From Octopus sinensis (taxonomy: Eukaryota): DNA of 64,000 bases. The notes beneath the pieces were generated by a model. The model was not told where the DNA came from. It did not search any database and saw nothing but the letters and a program-made list of their open reading frames with translations. The translations under genes were made by a program, and so were the position numbers. The stretch covers positions 19,654,001-19,718,000 of the forward strand of contig NC_043013.1 in NCBI RefSeq assembly GCF_006345805.1, read 5' to 3'. Of the stretch, positions 38,608-51,219 are shown piece by piece. Position 1 is the first letter of the stretch. Each line of letters starts with the position of its first letter.

Positions 38608-39567
38608 GACCCAAGTTTAACAACCTCAACAGGGTATTTTTGTATGTATATATGTATTTATGTATGTATGTCATTATTCAGTTTATTTCAAGATTTCTTG
38701 CCAATAGAGAAAGAACCGGTTTCTCACCTAGATCCAAGTCTCCGCCATTGGAGCTTCAACATCAACAACAAGGTACTTTTGTATGTTTGTATTTATGTAT
38801 GTATATATGTTTGTATGTATGTATGCGTGCATGTATGTATGTATGTATGTATGTATGTATGTATGTATGCGTGCATGTATGTATGTATGTATGTATGTAT
38901 GTATGTACTTATGTTCGTACGTACGCACTTATGTATATTTGTATGTATGTATGCGTGTATGTAGCATATGTGGTGTGTGAGTGTCTGAGTGTGTGTGTGT
39001 GTGTACGTGCACCTTCTGTCTTTTATCTCCTATTCTACATTGACACGTTCACTCTGTATCACTTTATCACTCATCTATCGATTACTATTCTACTATATTT
39101 GAACCGCTTCCTTCCTATCTCTTCCGCTGCATTCTGGTCTCTGTCCCATAAATTAATATTTTCTCTAGCAAAATGTTATCTGTTCAATAACAACCTCTAT
39201 CTTACAAAATATAGATTCTCCTTGCATCACTCGAACACAGGTCCATGTCTTCTCATATGGCATTCTGCCACCACTATTTATACACACAGCACAAACTCAC
39301 AAGTTGATGAAGCCAATGTTATTGTTTTTATCATATTCTCTTCTATACAGAAAATTAACTTCACGACTTCACGTATCGCATCCGCATCCGCATGCCAGCT
39401 CATAGCTGAGACCGCAGAATTTAGACATAAACAAATAAGGAATGATTCCACTATTCTGAATCGATTAAACGCATCGTTTATTTTACAAACGTTCGTCAGT
39501 CTGAAGATTCGCAACAGTGATGAAATATTTAGTGACTGTGCATCTCTGTATTGTCTAGTAATCCCAA

Positions 39568-39830
39568 AAGAATATTCTGTTGTGTTTGGGGAGAGTCATT
39601 TTCTTTTTGAGCCTTATAATGTAATACACTCACCGGTAAAATTTCCACTATCTTCTTATTTTTATTGTCCTAAAAGTTTTCGTTGCGTCTTGATTGGAAA
39701 GGTTGCAAGACGCAACGAAAATTTTAGGACAATAATAATAAGAAAAAAGTGGAAATTTTTACCGGTGAGTGTGTTACATAATAAGGCACAAAAAGAAAAT
39801 GACTCTCCCCAGACACAACAGATTATGCTT
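39568..39830. repeat. ~260-bp inverted repeat (125-bp arms, 13-nt loop)
   Basis: 39568-39692 versus 39706-39830; the loop is ATTGGAAAGGTTG. Confidence 0.92.
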
Positions 39831-40002
39831 CAATACACGAACTCATATAAAGAATCTTGCAAACCAAATCCAAAAACCCAAAAGAATAGTTTCTATATAA
39901 AGGTAATGAGTGGTCTCTCTTTAGAAGAGATATGTCGGTAGATTTAGAGTTAAAATTAACAGAAATACAGATAGATTGAACTTTGGAATATTCCATTAGA
40001 AA

Positions 40003-40220
40003 AAGGTGGCAAGTTGGCAGAATTGTTAGCACACCGGGCAAAATGCTTGGCGGATATTCATGTGTCTTTACGTTCTGAGTTCAAATTTCGCTGAGGTACA
40101 CTTTGCCGTCCATCCTTCCAGAGTCGATAACATAAGTAACAGTTGAACACCTAGGTCGATGTAATCGAGTTACCCCACTTCCTAGAAATTGTTGACCTTT
40201 TGCCAAAATTTGGAACCAAA
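40003..40220 (+). mobile_element. SINE-B2 (B head/core with CCTTGTGCCAAAATTTGAAACC-type tail), degenerate
   Basis: Shared head and GGGTCGAT core; tail differs from B1. Confidence 0.8.
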
Positions 40221-43200
40221 ACAACATTAGAAAACTTAGTAACATTGGAGGCAATCATTCCTCTTTCAGTTACACGTGCAAGGATTGTAACGTAGGTTTT
40301 TGATAGCCTGTCAATGTCAGCAGCTAAGGCAGCAGGAATTTGCCCCAACTGCAGTGGCTTCTGGAGCCGTGAGTGAGGAATAGAATTAAATTTTATAATC
40401 AATACATATTGTCGTAAGGTTTCCATGATATTCTTTTACTTCGGGTAGGAGAGGCATATTTACCTAATGTTGTTGATCAAAGCATTCCCCTATTCCTTTA
40501 TTTCCTCCTGCATGATGGTCAGTGATTATATTATCAGACTAGTATGTATGTGTTATTGTGTGGTGTGTATGTAACATGATTTTCTATTGTATAACGTTTC
40601 ATATTATACAATAGGAAAAGTTAACAAACACAAATGTTTGTGCCAGTGTATGCTGGCAATTATTAAACACATAACCCATTCAGTTACTTCTTCTTTGTCT
40701 CCTTCCGGACACTGATTCAAACCATCCAACAAAAGCTTCAAATCTACACAATAGCAATTGCAAACAGAATAAAGTTCTGAAGAATTTGTCGATTTACCAA
40801 AGTATATCACCAGGAAATCGATAGAGAGTAACTGTAATGTCTAATAATGAAGTGAATATCACAAAAATAGTTAACTTAGTTGACAAATAAATTTTAGTTT
40901 AGTAAATTAGAATTACGAAAGTTCTTAGAAAAGAAAATCATTTGGAGGAACAATTAGCAAATTAATTAAGTCATCCCGAAGCAGCGTAAGCCTCTGCAGA
41001 ATTTAAATTAATTAAAATTAATAAATATTAATGTTATGTTAACAAATTTATAAACGAAGTCAATTGATAAATAATTTATAAAACAAACAAAACAAACTGA
41101 CTATAATGCATTCTTATTTGAGACATTTTAAAATAATCAAATAAAGCAAAATTTCGATTGATAAAACATTTTTTGTTGTTTAGCCCCAAGGAAAACCTTC
41201 TCAAGTAATTATTTGACCAAAACATTTTAAATATAGACAAAGAATCAATATTTTAGAAGAAGATAAAATTTTTTTAAAAAGTATTCAATATTTATGGTTT
41301 ATCACAATCAGGAAGGGTAGCCAACACCCATTTCTCCGAGACTGGAGGAAAAAGAAAAAGTGACACAATGATTTGGAAAGAATCAGTTTGTGAGATTGAT
41401 CCTAAAACTCAAATGCGTTTGATCTCGTATAGACAGGACGCATTGTCTTTTTATGGAGACGCTGAGACATTTTAGAGAAAGGAACAGAAAAACTTTTCAT
41501 GAATGCTTGAAACAGAATAGATACTACGAAAATCATTCATGGGCCAGATTTTGGTGTTACACAAGGAAGCAGTTTAAGGCCGTCACCCATACCTGCACAT
41601 ACCTGGTACATAAAATATAGAACTTGTAATAATGACACTATCAACCCGGGCATCATTTGAACTCAGTTAATTAATCTCTATGAGGTTCTACCAGATTTTG
41701 TCAATGCTCCATTCTAAATATTTCAATGCCTATTGCATTGATTTCACAACTCTTATAGAGTGTTGAGAGTGACGTTTGACATGTCATGACCAGCTATATC
41801 TTTCGCAGCTTATTCGTCTCTAGATTTGACTTGAGGAGATTTCTATCTCGGTGAGAAGTATCAACCCCACCAAATCAAGTGTTTCGTTTTCTTTTTATCG
41901 ATGACAAATCTGACTCTGGTGGGTACTGAATTGAGAAGGCAGAAAGTCAGGAGTATCAGTATATGTTATTCTATTCGACTCTGGGGTAACCCTGCAACTT
42001 CACCAGTTTTAATACGTGTTACTGACAGTCACAAGAACACGAATTGCAAGAGAAGAACCAGTCGATACCAGTACATAATCTGCTACTAATTTTAGTGACT
42101 ATGCAACCATGAAAAGCAAATCTAATTCTGGCGTGATTTGAACTAAAAATGTTATAGACTATATCTAAATATGGCAACACATTTATTCCATCGAGTTACC
42201 GATTCCAAAAATATACCATTGGTAGTGCATAGTATATCTTAGTATACTAAAAGATGGTTCAATTGAATAATTATATACTGAATGCACATTAACTAGTAAT
42301 GAAAGCGTGTTGGTCACGACTAGATCATCTATGATTATATGTCTGATAAAACAGGGTTGATACGGAATAATCAACAACAACAATATCCAATAAGCAGTTA
42401 AGTACAGTATGGATGAAAGTTTATATCTATTTTTGGTTCTGTTTTGTTCGATAAATTACTAAATCTCCCTGATATTATTTCATTAAGTTAAATATTTTGA
42501 TTATGTTGATAATTTTGTTCCATAACTTTTAGTTTGTTAAAATGCTATCAGCTGTCACCACTGCCACATATCGTGACATGTAGAATAATATCTCTGCTGA
42601 AATAATTATTTCTTCACGTCATGTCTTCGTTTCAGGTCGTTTTGTTGGACAAATATGGTCTCCTATTCATCAAAAACTACATCATCGATCTTGAATAAAG
42701 TTAAAGTTTATGAAACGATCTTTATGTTTTTAACGTGTGTCAATATTTGTTCATGCTACATCATGATGTCTTGTCGTAATAACCGATATACTGTTAAAAG
42801 GTTAACGTAACACAAATCTCATTGTTTAATTACTCAGCAAACTGTCTGAAACTATTACAGTATTTCCAGCTTGCTTTGAGCAGGTACTTAGTTTTGTTAA
42901 ACGATATGTCGATTTATAAACTTCGTTGACCTCAAAGTTGACTTCTGACCTTTATCTACTGGTCATTAACAAGTAGCATAGACGGCTCCATTATGAACAG
43001 TTGCTTGGTCAGTTGGCGGGTAACTTTGATTCAAAAGTGTTGCAGTCTCAAGACAACAGGGGCAGTTATACGTGATTGTCTGATTTGTTAAAATGCCAGT
43101 CATTTTGTTATAATCATTGCAGGAACGCATATAAGGGCTGCTCTGTAAAGGCTGACTCAGAGTCAAACAGCAAACATCACGATCATTCTCGGACGAAAAC

Positions 43201-43308
43201 TCTACTTCTTATCTGTTTTCATCTAGTTCAGCTGAGCTAGGGAGTGCTGAGTGTTTTGGAAATATAATCAGGGCACTGCTGATTTCAAGGAGATGCATAA
43301 TTTCTGAA

Positions 43309-43697
43309 TCTCTCTCTATATATAAATCTGAAGTTGTCTGTGTATGGCAGGTTTGATAGCCTTCAACTAACACTATCTCCTCCAAGACCCTGCGGCGCAA
43401 GCTGACCAAAATTGAGAGTATGATAGAAGAAGGCTTGCTCTTCCTTCCGTAAAAATTTCAAATTGGACCATGTTAACACCAAAAATTATTTACATCAAAA
43501 AGGTACTTTTTTCCTATGAAAATCCCTATTTTTTACGATATTTTGACTGCTGTGTCACCATTTTTTGGTGTATTTCAACCAGTAAAATGTTCACTTAAAG
43601 AGGATAACAAGCTACATAATGCAAAATTTTCACTTTTCAAAAATTCCAATTCTAAAGGGTCGAAACAAACCCGAGCAACGCCGGGCGATACTGCTAG
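43309..43697 (+). mobile_element. Non-autonomous Helitron
   Basis: A|TCTCTCTCTATATATAAATCTGAAGTTG ... CCCGAGCAACGCCGGG hairpin (43670-43685) ... CTAG|T. Confidence 0.85.
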
Positions 43698-44549
43698 TTA
43701 TTTATAAAAGTAGTAATAAAATTTAATATAAAGCCACGTGTTAATATTCGTCAACTCCAAGACGTCTCTGGTTGAGAAGATTTAAAACGGAGACAATTCT
43801 TTTTCTAATTGCAGTCACCAAGATCACATTATGCTGTGGATTGTTCTTCAAAACGTTAGAGTTTGAACTGGAGGACATACAATCACTGTTTCAACCTGGT
43901 TAAACAACTACATAGAGGCCTCTTTGATGGTGCAATTAAAACTAAATTTGACATATGTGTGAAGGTACAACAAATGTCGGTACACGCGAATGTCGTTTAA
44001 ATACAATATATCTTATCAAATCGGTTCTGAATCATTATGGTGTCCGAAAGATACATTTTACTATTTGATTTGACATTTTACGTTCAAATCACACCGACGT
44101 CAAATTTACTTTACATCTTATGTTTTCGATAAATCAATCACTGTTCAAAGATTGAAGCCGATCCTTTTTCTCTCTCTGTCTCTTCCTCGTTGTGGTTAAA
44201 TCTGAAGAGGGCGTTCTCTGTGTCAAATTTACATGTGCCCGATACTACGCTACACAGCAATGAACCTCACCACAATACAGCTAATCATTTTACAATACAA
44301 AACGTCATCCCAGCTCACACCACAGCACGCCGCACAACACAGCAGCGCCCCTGCAACTTCAGTAGGAGTTCAGATAGAATGAATTAGTGGAAGAATTCAA
44401 TGGAGAAACGAAACAAATGGTTTCTCCTGGAAAGGGTCTTAAAAGGGTGCTGGGTACTTTCTTTTCTCGTTTAACGCCACAAAAGTAATTTACTATAACA
44501 TTTGGTTGACATTGCGCTTCAAGAATAAATAAATACCAAGAGAGATAAT

Positions 44550-44751
44550 GATGGTTTTAAACTTTGGCGATTTCGTGGGAGGGGGCTATCGATTGCATCG
44601 ACTCCTGTGTTCAATTCATATTTATTTTCAGTCCCCGGAAGTGTGACAGTCCAAGTCGACCTCGGCAGAATTTGATCTAGAGCGTAAAGAAGAATGAAAT
44701 CCGCTAAGCATTTTACCCGGCGTGCTAACGATTCTGCCAACGTGCTACCTT
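44550..44751 (-). mobile_element. SINE-B2
   Basis: rc of the B head/core with the B2 tail. Confidence 0.8.
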
Positions 44752-45126
44752 CCAAAAAAAGAAGAAGAATGATAGGCAGGAAGCTCTTTGGAGAAGTGCA
44801 GGTTGTTGCTCATATCGTGTGGAGGTCCCTGATATGCTGTAATGCTTTTTGATGGCCTGTGTCATTGAGGCGTAGGCTGGGGTCACTGTTATCTGGGTGG
44901 CATCATAAAGTGACAGGATGTGTCGTGGCTTAGTGTGTTTTGGTGCCATGTCGTGTGATGTAGTATGATGTATTGTGATTTAATACAGTTCAGTGTTGTT
45001 TGGGGAAGATGTGTGATTTGATGTAAAGTGATGAGGTGTGGTTTCCTGTTGGTTAGTAATATGTAATGTGGTGATGTATAACGTGTTGTACGATATGGTG
45101 TTCCGTGGTGTTCTAGTGTATGGCAT

Positions 45127-45350
45127 CAGTGGTTCTCAACTCTGGAGGGGTGTCTATATAAGATTTTGTTGTTAAAATTATTGTGTAATAAGTTCTACGA
45201 TATATAAAATATTTTTATTATTTTATACAATTCATAATAACATCTAACTATAAAAATACAGTAAAGGTTTTAGATATATAAACACTAATAGCTATGGAGG
45301 TCCAGTAGAGTGAAAGAGGAATCAAAGGGGTCTATAGACAGGAAGATGGT
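45127..45350. mobile_element. hAT MITE, paralog of 26040-26291 in opposite orientation; one TIR eroded
   Basis: CAGTGGTTCTCAACT..AGATTTTGTTGTTAAAA..TTCTACGATA..GAATCAAAGGGGTC..AAGATGGT. Confidence 0.7.
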
Positions 45351-45491
45351 ATGGTTCAGACCAAGTGAGTTAAGGAGTCGGTTGTACTGCAATGTAACGT
45401 CATAGAGTGTTATGATGTTCTGTGTGATTGAGTTCTCTAGTGCATAGTCTGGTGTTGTTTGATTTTGTCTGGTGTTATTTTTTTTTCAAAT

Positions 45492-45700
45492 CGATTTCAA
45501 ATTTTGGCACAAGGCCAGCGGTTTAGGGAGATAGTCGATTACATCGACCCCAGTCGATTACTGGTACTTGTTTTATCGACGTCGAAAAGGTGAAAGAAAA
45601 AGTCGACCTCAATGGCATGTGAACTCAAAGAGTAAAGACGGACGAAATGCGGCTAAGCATTTTTCTCGGCGTGCTAACGATTATGCTACCTGGCCACCAT
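45492..45700 (-). mobile_element. SINE-B2
   Basis: rc of the B head/core with TTGTGCCAAAATTTGAAATC tail. Confidence 0.85.
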
Positions 45701-46540
45701 ATAAAAAAATTCAATATAATATTGTGTTTTGTAGTATGTTGTAGTGCAGTGTGCAAGTGTACTGCGTGTTGTGCTGCAGTGTACTGTAGACTAGTGTAGT
45801 ATGTTGTTGTGAGATGAGAAGTGGCAAGGTATGACGTGGTGGAATGGACAATACGATTTTAGTGTGGCATCTGGTGTGATACAATAGTATGCTTTACTGT
45901 GGTTTTGTATACAGTACTGGTAGTATACCCTGCCGTTGGTGTAAAATGGTATAGTATGATAGTTTTATATAACATAGTGATGGGATGCAGATAATATTAG
46001 AAAAAAGGAAAAATAATGCTTTATTGTTAAATTCCTCAGATCAGATAATTGTAACAAAGACAAATGATCTTTGATGAGAACATACAACACCTCGACCCCA
46101 GCTCATCACTTCTCTCTTTCTCCCTTCCCCCTCCTCCTCCTCCTCCTCATCATCATCATCTATCTATCTCTCTCTCTCTCTGCCTCTTTCTACCACCTCT
46201 CAGTCTCTCTGTTTTCTAACTTCTTTCTCTTTCTGCCTTTCTATCCCCAAACTCTCTCTCTCTCTTCATCTGTTTCTTTGCCTTTCTACACTATCTCTCT
46301 ATCTCTTTATCTACATCACATCTTCGTCTCGCTGTCTATTTACATTACACTTCTGTCTCTCCTCAGTATCGCTGTCTTCTGTTGTTTGAAGGTCTTTGTT
46401 GTCTCTCTATCCCCCCCCCACACCGTTCACTGTATATATATACTTCTCCCTTTCCTCTGTTCACTCTCCCTGCTTTTCTCTCTCTTCCTTTTTCATCTCT
46501 TCTTAAACTTAACTCTCTCTTTTATTTTTCCTGAGCCTCA

Positions 46541-46777
46541 CCTCAACCCCATCTTTCCTACCCTCAATCGTCTGCATCTCCCCCACACTTATTCTTCCTC
46601 CTCTCTCCTTCTCTCCAACCTCATCCCCATCTTTCCTACCCTCAATCGTCTGCATCTCCCCCACACTTACTCTTCCCTCTCTCTCTCCTCTCCTACCTCA
46701 TCCCCATCTTTCCTACCCTCAATCATCTGCATCACCCCCCACACTTACTCTTACCCCTCTCTCTCCTTCTCTCCTAT
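46541..46777 (+). repeat. Minisatellite, ~77-78 bp x3
   Basis: CCTCA(A/T)CCCCATCTTTCCTACCCTCAATC.TCTGCATC.CCCCCACACTTA at 46541, 46619 and 46696. Confidence 0.92.
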
Positions 46778-49600
46778 AGGCTATCTGCCTCATTTTTCAA
46801 GTCGTTACCACTCAGTATCTCAGATGTCATACGGGTCAACGATTTCCATCCACTGATGTTTTCCACTGATACTTTCTACAGACGCGACAAACAATCAGTT
46901 CGTTTATTGTTATAATAACATGTTGAAAACAATGAATACTGATATCACATCTATTTCACTCCATTATCAGATTAGCATTAAATATGGCGATAGTTTGATT
47001 TACTTTACACTTTACAACACGAATCTTTTGGCATTCACAGCAGAACTGTTCTCTTTAGAATTCAAAAGTTGAAACTTTCTCATTAAAAGATGCTGTCCAC
47101 CGACTCTAAGTTCGATCTTTTTTTTCTCTTTTTTTTTGTCAGCATTTTACATTGTAACAACTTTTAACATTTACACAGCTACACGTTATCAGTCATGGAC
47201 GTACGACTACAAAACATTATGTACACAAGTTACATAACAACACATAAAAAGTTGTTATATTTAGACAGCAAATATTTACATTAGGACAACGTTAGTGGCG
47301 TCTTTATGATGTGAATTTAGCTTGTGACAATAGTCCCAGTTTTACACAGGATTTCTAAAGAAATTAATAAAGAAATGCAATGTACTTCTTGTATTTATTC
47401 TTCGATCTCCACAAACACCCATACTCTTCATTGCGTCGGCTAGCGTTCATCACTTTTCAGTGGTAGACACATATACAAACACATAACATTTATTACGTCA
47501 TAAAATATTATTGCATCATATTATATCAAAAGTTTACGAATTGCTAAGGCGGGAAGAATGGAAGAATTGTTTCCTAGAAGTATAATGAAATCAAGTGTGT
47601 ACGTCCGTTATATGAGAGTCTGCCGAATGTTGTTGAACAGGAAAAATTGATGGAATTTTTAACAGACGAAAAAAAAAAAAAAGATAAACTGTATAAAAGA
47701 ACAGTAAAATGAAACTGCGAGCTTTGGAGGGGGAGGCTCGTAATCCATTCCATTCTATTCGTTATAAATGTCCCATTTCATATCTATCCTTCGTTACATG
47801 TACCCTATGTTTTGTATTGTCCGTCCTTGTTGTGTCTATTCTTGGTTCAGGCTACATGCCTATAATAAAGATTAAACATAGAGGCGACTGTCAACTGTTG
47901 ATATAATAAGTATATCTAACTTCTCTACCCAACTTATTAAGTTCTAAAGCAGATAAAGCTCGCATTATATATATATAACTTTGCCTTTCATCCCTTCGAG
48001 TTCGATAAAATAAATATCAGCTGATTACTAAGGTTAATGTAACCGACTTATCCCTCCCTAAAATTACCATCCTAGTGCCAAAATTTGAGACCAATATATT
48101 TTATGAATCTTACATGACGATATATATATTACAGATATCACAGTTAAGCAGAGAACACACACAAACACATAGATCGTGACAAATGATATTTGCAAACACC
48201 AATCTAGAAATGGAAAATATATAGGATTCGTGATTCTTGAGAGCGGCCTCTACTTTTCCACTCTATCTTAGAGTTGCGCTCATGATAATCGTATAATCGC
48301 ACTATATAAGTTATATTTTTAGCAATGCTTGTGAAGTTCCGTAGCAGCTTTAATTAAAACTGCGTGGTGAACTTTATGTTTTTGGGTGGTCTTGTTTGTA
48401 TGAGAAGAAAATAGAGAATGAGAGTGTGTGTGTGTGTGTGTTCGTGTGTATATATGGGTTTATGTTTGTGCATGCCTACGTGTTTGTGTGTGTGTGTGTA
48501 CACATCTGTCACATGTTGGCAGAAACGTTAGAGTCGAATACAAAGCTTTATGATATCTAAGCATGTCTGTTTAAGTTCTGAGTTCAAATTCCTTTGAGAG
48601 CAACTTTCTCTTCCATACTCTTTGGGTGGGGTAGTTATTCATAAAACATAACACTAGTCATATGATGTGATCAATACAATTAAATGTACTTCTTCCTTAA
48701 ACTATCATGTCTCTACGTTAAAACTCATATCATATTCTTGTTTAATCCAAGTCTATCATATTTTTTTTACTGAAAACATCCTTTCTATAACCATCCCCAA
48801 ACATTTTATGTATCTACAATCATATTGACCAGTGTGGTCTTCATTTTCTAATATGGCAGAATGTGATGTAAGTGAGATTTCGTTAGTATTTCTAGCAGAT
48901 GGAATGACAAATTGCAGCTGCTCTTTGGCTCATCGTAATTATAATTGAAACAATACTAATCAACGAGTTATACATTAGAACAAAAATATATTTCAAAATG
49001 TGAACAAAAAAAACCACACACACACATAAGAAACAAAGGAATTATTTCCACGAACTCTCAGAGAAAGGTCAGAGGATGGCTGCTATTATGGTTCAATTCT
49101 CATTGAAGTAGAATACTTCAAAAGTAAAAATACAAAACAGATTGTAATTCAATTTTTAGTCAATCATACCATATCGATACGCTGACATTTTATTATATTT
49201 TGATTACTGTTGGTTCTTTTGAAATGATTAGCCTAACATTAGACAAATATTACCAAAATTCTACAATAATGCTAACCACATTAATCGAAGATTACTATAC
49301 CAGGAGATGCAACCAAAAGATAATTCTGTGAGTTTTTGTTGTTATTTTTCTCCCAAAAATTATTGGAAAATTTCATCTTTGTTGTTGATTGTTGCTTATT
49401 AAAGGGGGTGGGTGAGTCAATATAGAAAATAAAATATTTAAATAAATTTTATATTACTAGCGTAATTGTTATTCCTGCTTGATTTAGAACTGCTGCTGTT
49501 ACTATTACTACTAATACTGTTACTACTACTACTGCTGCTGCTGCTGCTACTGATGATGATGATGATGATACTATTACTGTTACTACTAATGCTACTATTT

Positions 49601-49820
49601 ATATTAGTTTCAAATTTTTGTATAAGGCCAACTTTTTGGTGGCAGAGTGTAAGTCGGTTACATGGACCCGAGGCTCAACTGATACTTATTTTATGGGCCA
49701 CAAAATGAAGAATGGCGGAGTCGAACTTGGCTAATATAAACTCTGAATGTAAAGACGGACGAAATGACGCTAAGCATTTGGCCCAGCATTGCTAGAGAGT
49801 CTGGCGACTCGCTGCCTTAT
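49601..49820 (-). mobile_element. SINE-B2 (left member of inverted pair)
   Basis: rc of the B head/core. Confidence 0.8.
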
Positions 49821-49845
49821 TACAAATTACTAATATCAGCGCGAT

Positions 49846-50002
49846 TAAAGGCAGTGAGCTGGAAGAATCATTAGCACGTCGGGCAGAATGCTTCGCGGCA
49901 TTTCGTCCGTCTTTACGTTATGAGTTCAAATTCTGTCGAGGTCGACTGTACATTTCATCCTTTCAGGGTCGATAAAATTTGCCAAAATTTGAAATCAATA
50001 TT
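49846..50002 (+). mobile_element. SINE-B2 (right member of inverted pair, internal deletion)
   Basis: AAGGCAGTGAGCTGGAAGAATC..GTTCAAATTC..GCCAAAATTTGAAATC. Confidence 0.82.
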
Positions 50003-50426
50003 AAGACGATTATGAGCCTGTGCGGGTGACATTCTGCTAAAGAGACGAGTCACATCTTCCTCAAATTATATGAGTCTTCGGGGGGGGGGGAACAAACCCA
50101 AAAAACGAATCCTCTTCGAATTTGATAGTCGTTGTTATTCTCCCTAGGATAGCCAACAAAAATGTGTTGGCTCTTGTAGCCAAAAAGAAGATTAAGAAAG
50201 AGGGTATATTATACGACATCAGCACCCTAATTTAGCTAGCTCTCATAGCATACAAAGAAATTCAGAGGGATTTCCCACATGACTTGGGAAGGCTAAACGT
50301 CCACGCTACGAAGAAAGTTTTAGCTGGTTTCCCAGAGGAAGCAAATCCGGATCGCAAGTCACCGGGCTGCCAACAACTCCAGGAGGGTAAGTAATGTCAC
50401 CCTTTTTTTCTTTTCCTCATCCCTTT

Positions 50427-50814
50427 CGAGCCGTCAGAGTGGGCTGTATAAACGTTCGCGACCTGAGGTCACCCTGAAAGCAAGGTCGCTAGGTTCAGGT
50501 GTGATAGCAGGTAGTGAGACCAGGATTTCCGACACACGCAATCTTGCACTCATTTTTGACTACTATGAGATCTAGGCATCACTTGGTCGGCCCGGAATGG
50601 GAAGCGGGGTGGCAGTGCTGTTTAGGAAAGGCCTGGATCTCGAAAATCGGACGATTTTTGAACCCACAAAGTGAGTGACAGCGAAAGTGGTGCCTTTCGA
50701 CTAATCGCTGTTTACAACCGCACGGGGGCGGGGCAGTAAGACTTCTTAAGACGTTTGGAGGTTTTCCTTGGGATACCACGCTCTTTACTGTTAGTGGGGG
50801 ACTTGAAAGCCATA
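50427..50814 (+). mobile_element. Tx1/L1-clade LINE, apurinic endonuclease (ORF2 N-terminus) fossil
   Basis: VRVGCINVRDLRSP*KQG..VIAGSETRISD..GVAVLFRKG..FRLIAVYNRTG..FLRRLEVFLG..LLLVGDLKAI contains the APE motifs N.RG, SET, GVA.L, AVY and VGD.NA. About 300 bp upstream may be the ORF1 end. Confidence 0.82.
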
Positions 50815-50942
50815 ACTAGGCTGACCATTTCTTTCTCAGTTTTTGTGAACAGCTGCAAGTCATCAATGAATAGGAAGTGGTTCGGTTTTCCCTTACCTCT
50901 TCCCAGATCATACCACAACTTTGTGTGACAAGCCGGTGACAT
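50815..50942 (-). mobile_element. R4/Dong-like RT catalytic-motif fragment
   Basis: YDLGRGKGKPNHFLFIDDLQLFTKTEKEMVSLV matches the NHL.FMDDLKL...E.EL.SL pattern of R4/Dong RTs. Confidence 0.65.
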
Positions 50943-51140
50943 GGAAGAACCTTTAGCGCGCTGGATGAAATGTTTGGCGGAATTTCGCCCGCCGCTTAGT
51001 TCTGAGTTCAGATTCTGCCGAGGTCGTCTTTGCCTTTTATCCTTTCAAGATCGATCAATTAAGTTCCAGTGAAATACTGGGGTCGATATAATCGATTAAC
51101 CCCTCAAGCCAACTTCAGGCTTTGTGCCTATAATAGAAAT
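50943..51140 (+). mobile_element. SINE-B2
   Basis: B core GTTCAGATTC..GGGGTCGATATAATCGATTAACCCC..TTGTGCCTATAATAGAAA. Confidence 0.8.
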
Positions 51141-51146
51141 TATTAC

Positions 51147-51213
<67 letters not shown>

Positions 51214-51219
51214 ATTATT

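Noticed and set aside
35400-46777. Repeat-landmark periodicity as a possible CRISPR-like array
   Set aside because: No unique spacers; the units are whole tandem duplications in eukaryotic DNA.
46071-46856. 261-aa ORF
   Set aside because: Pyrimidine-only composition removes stop codons, and it includes the minisatellite.
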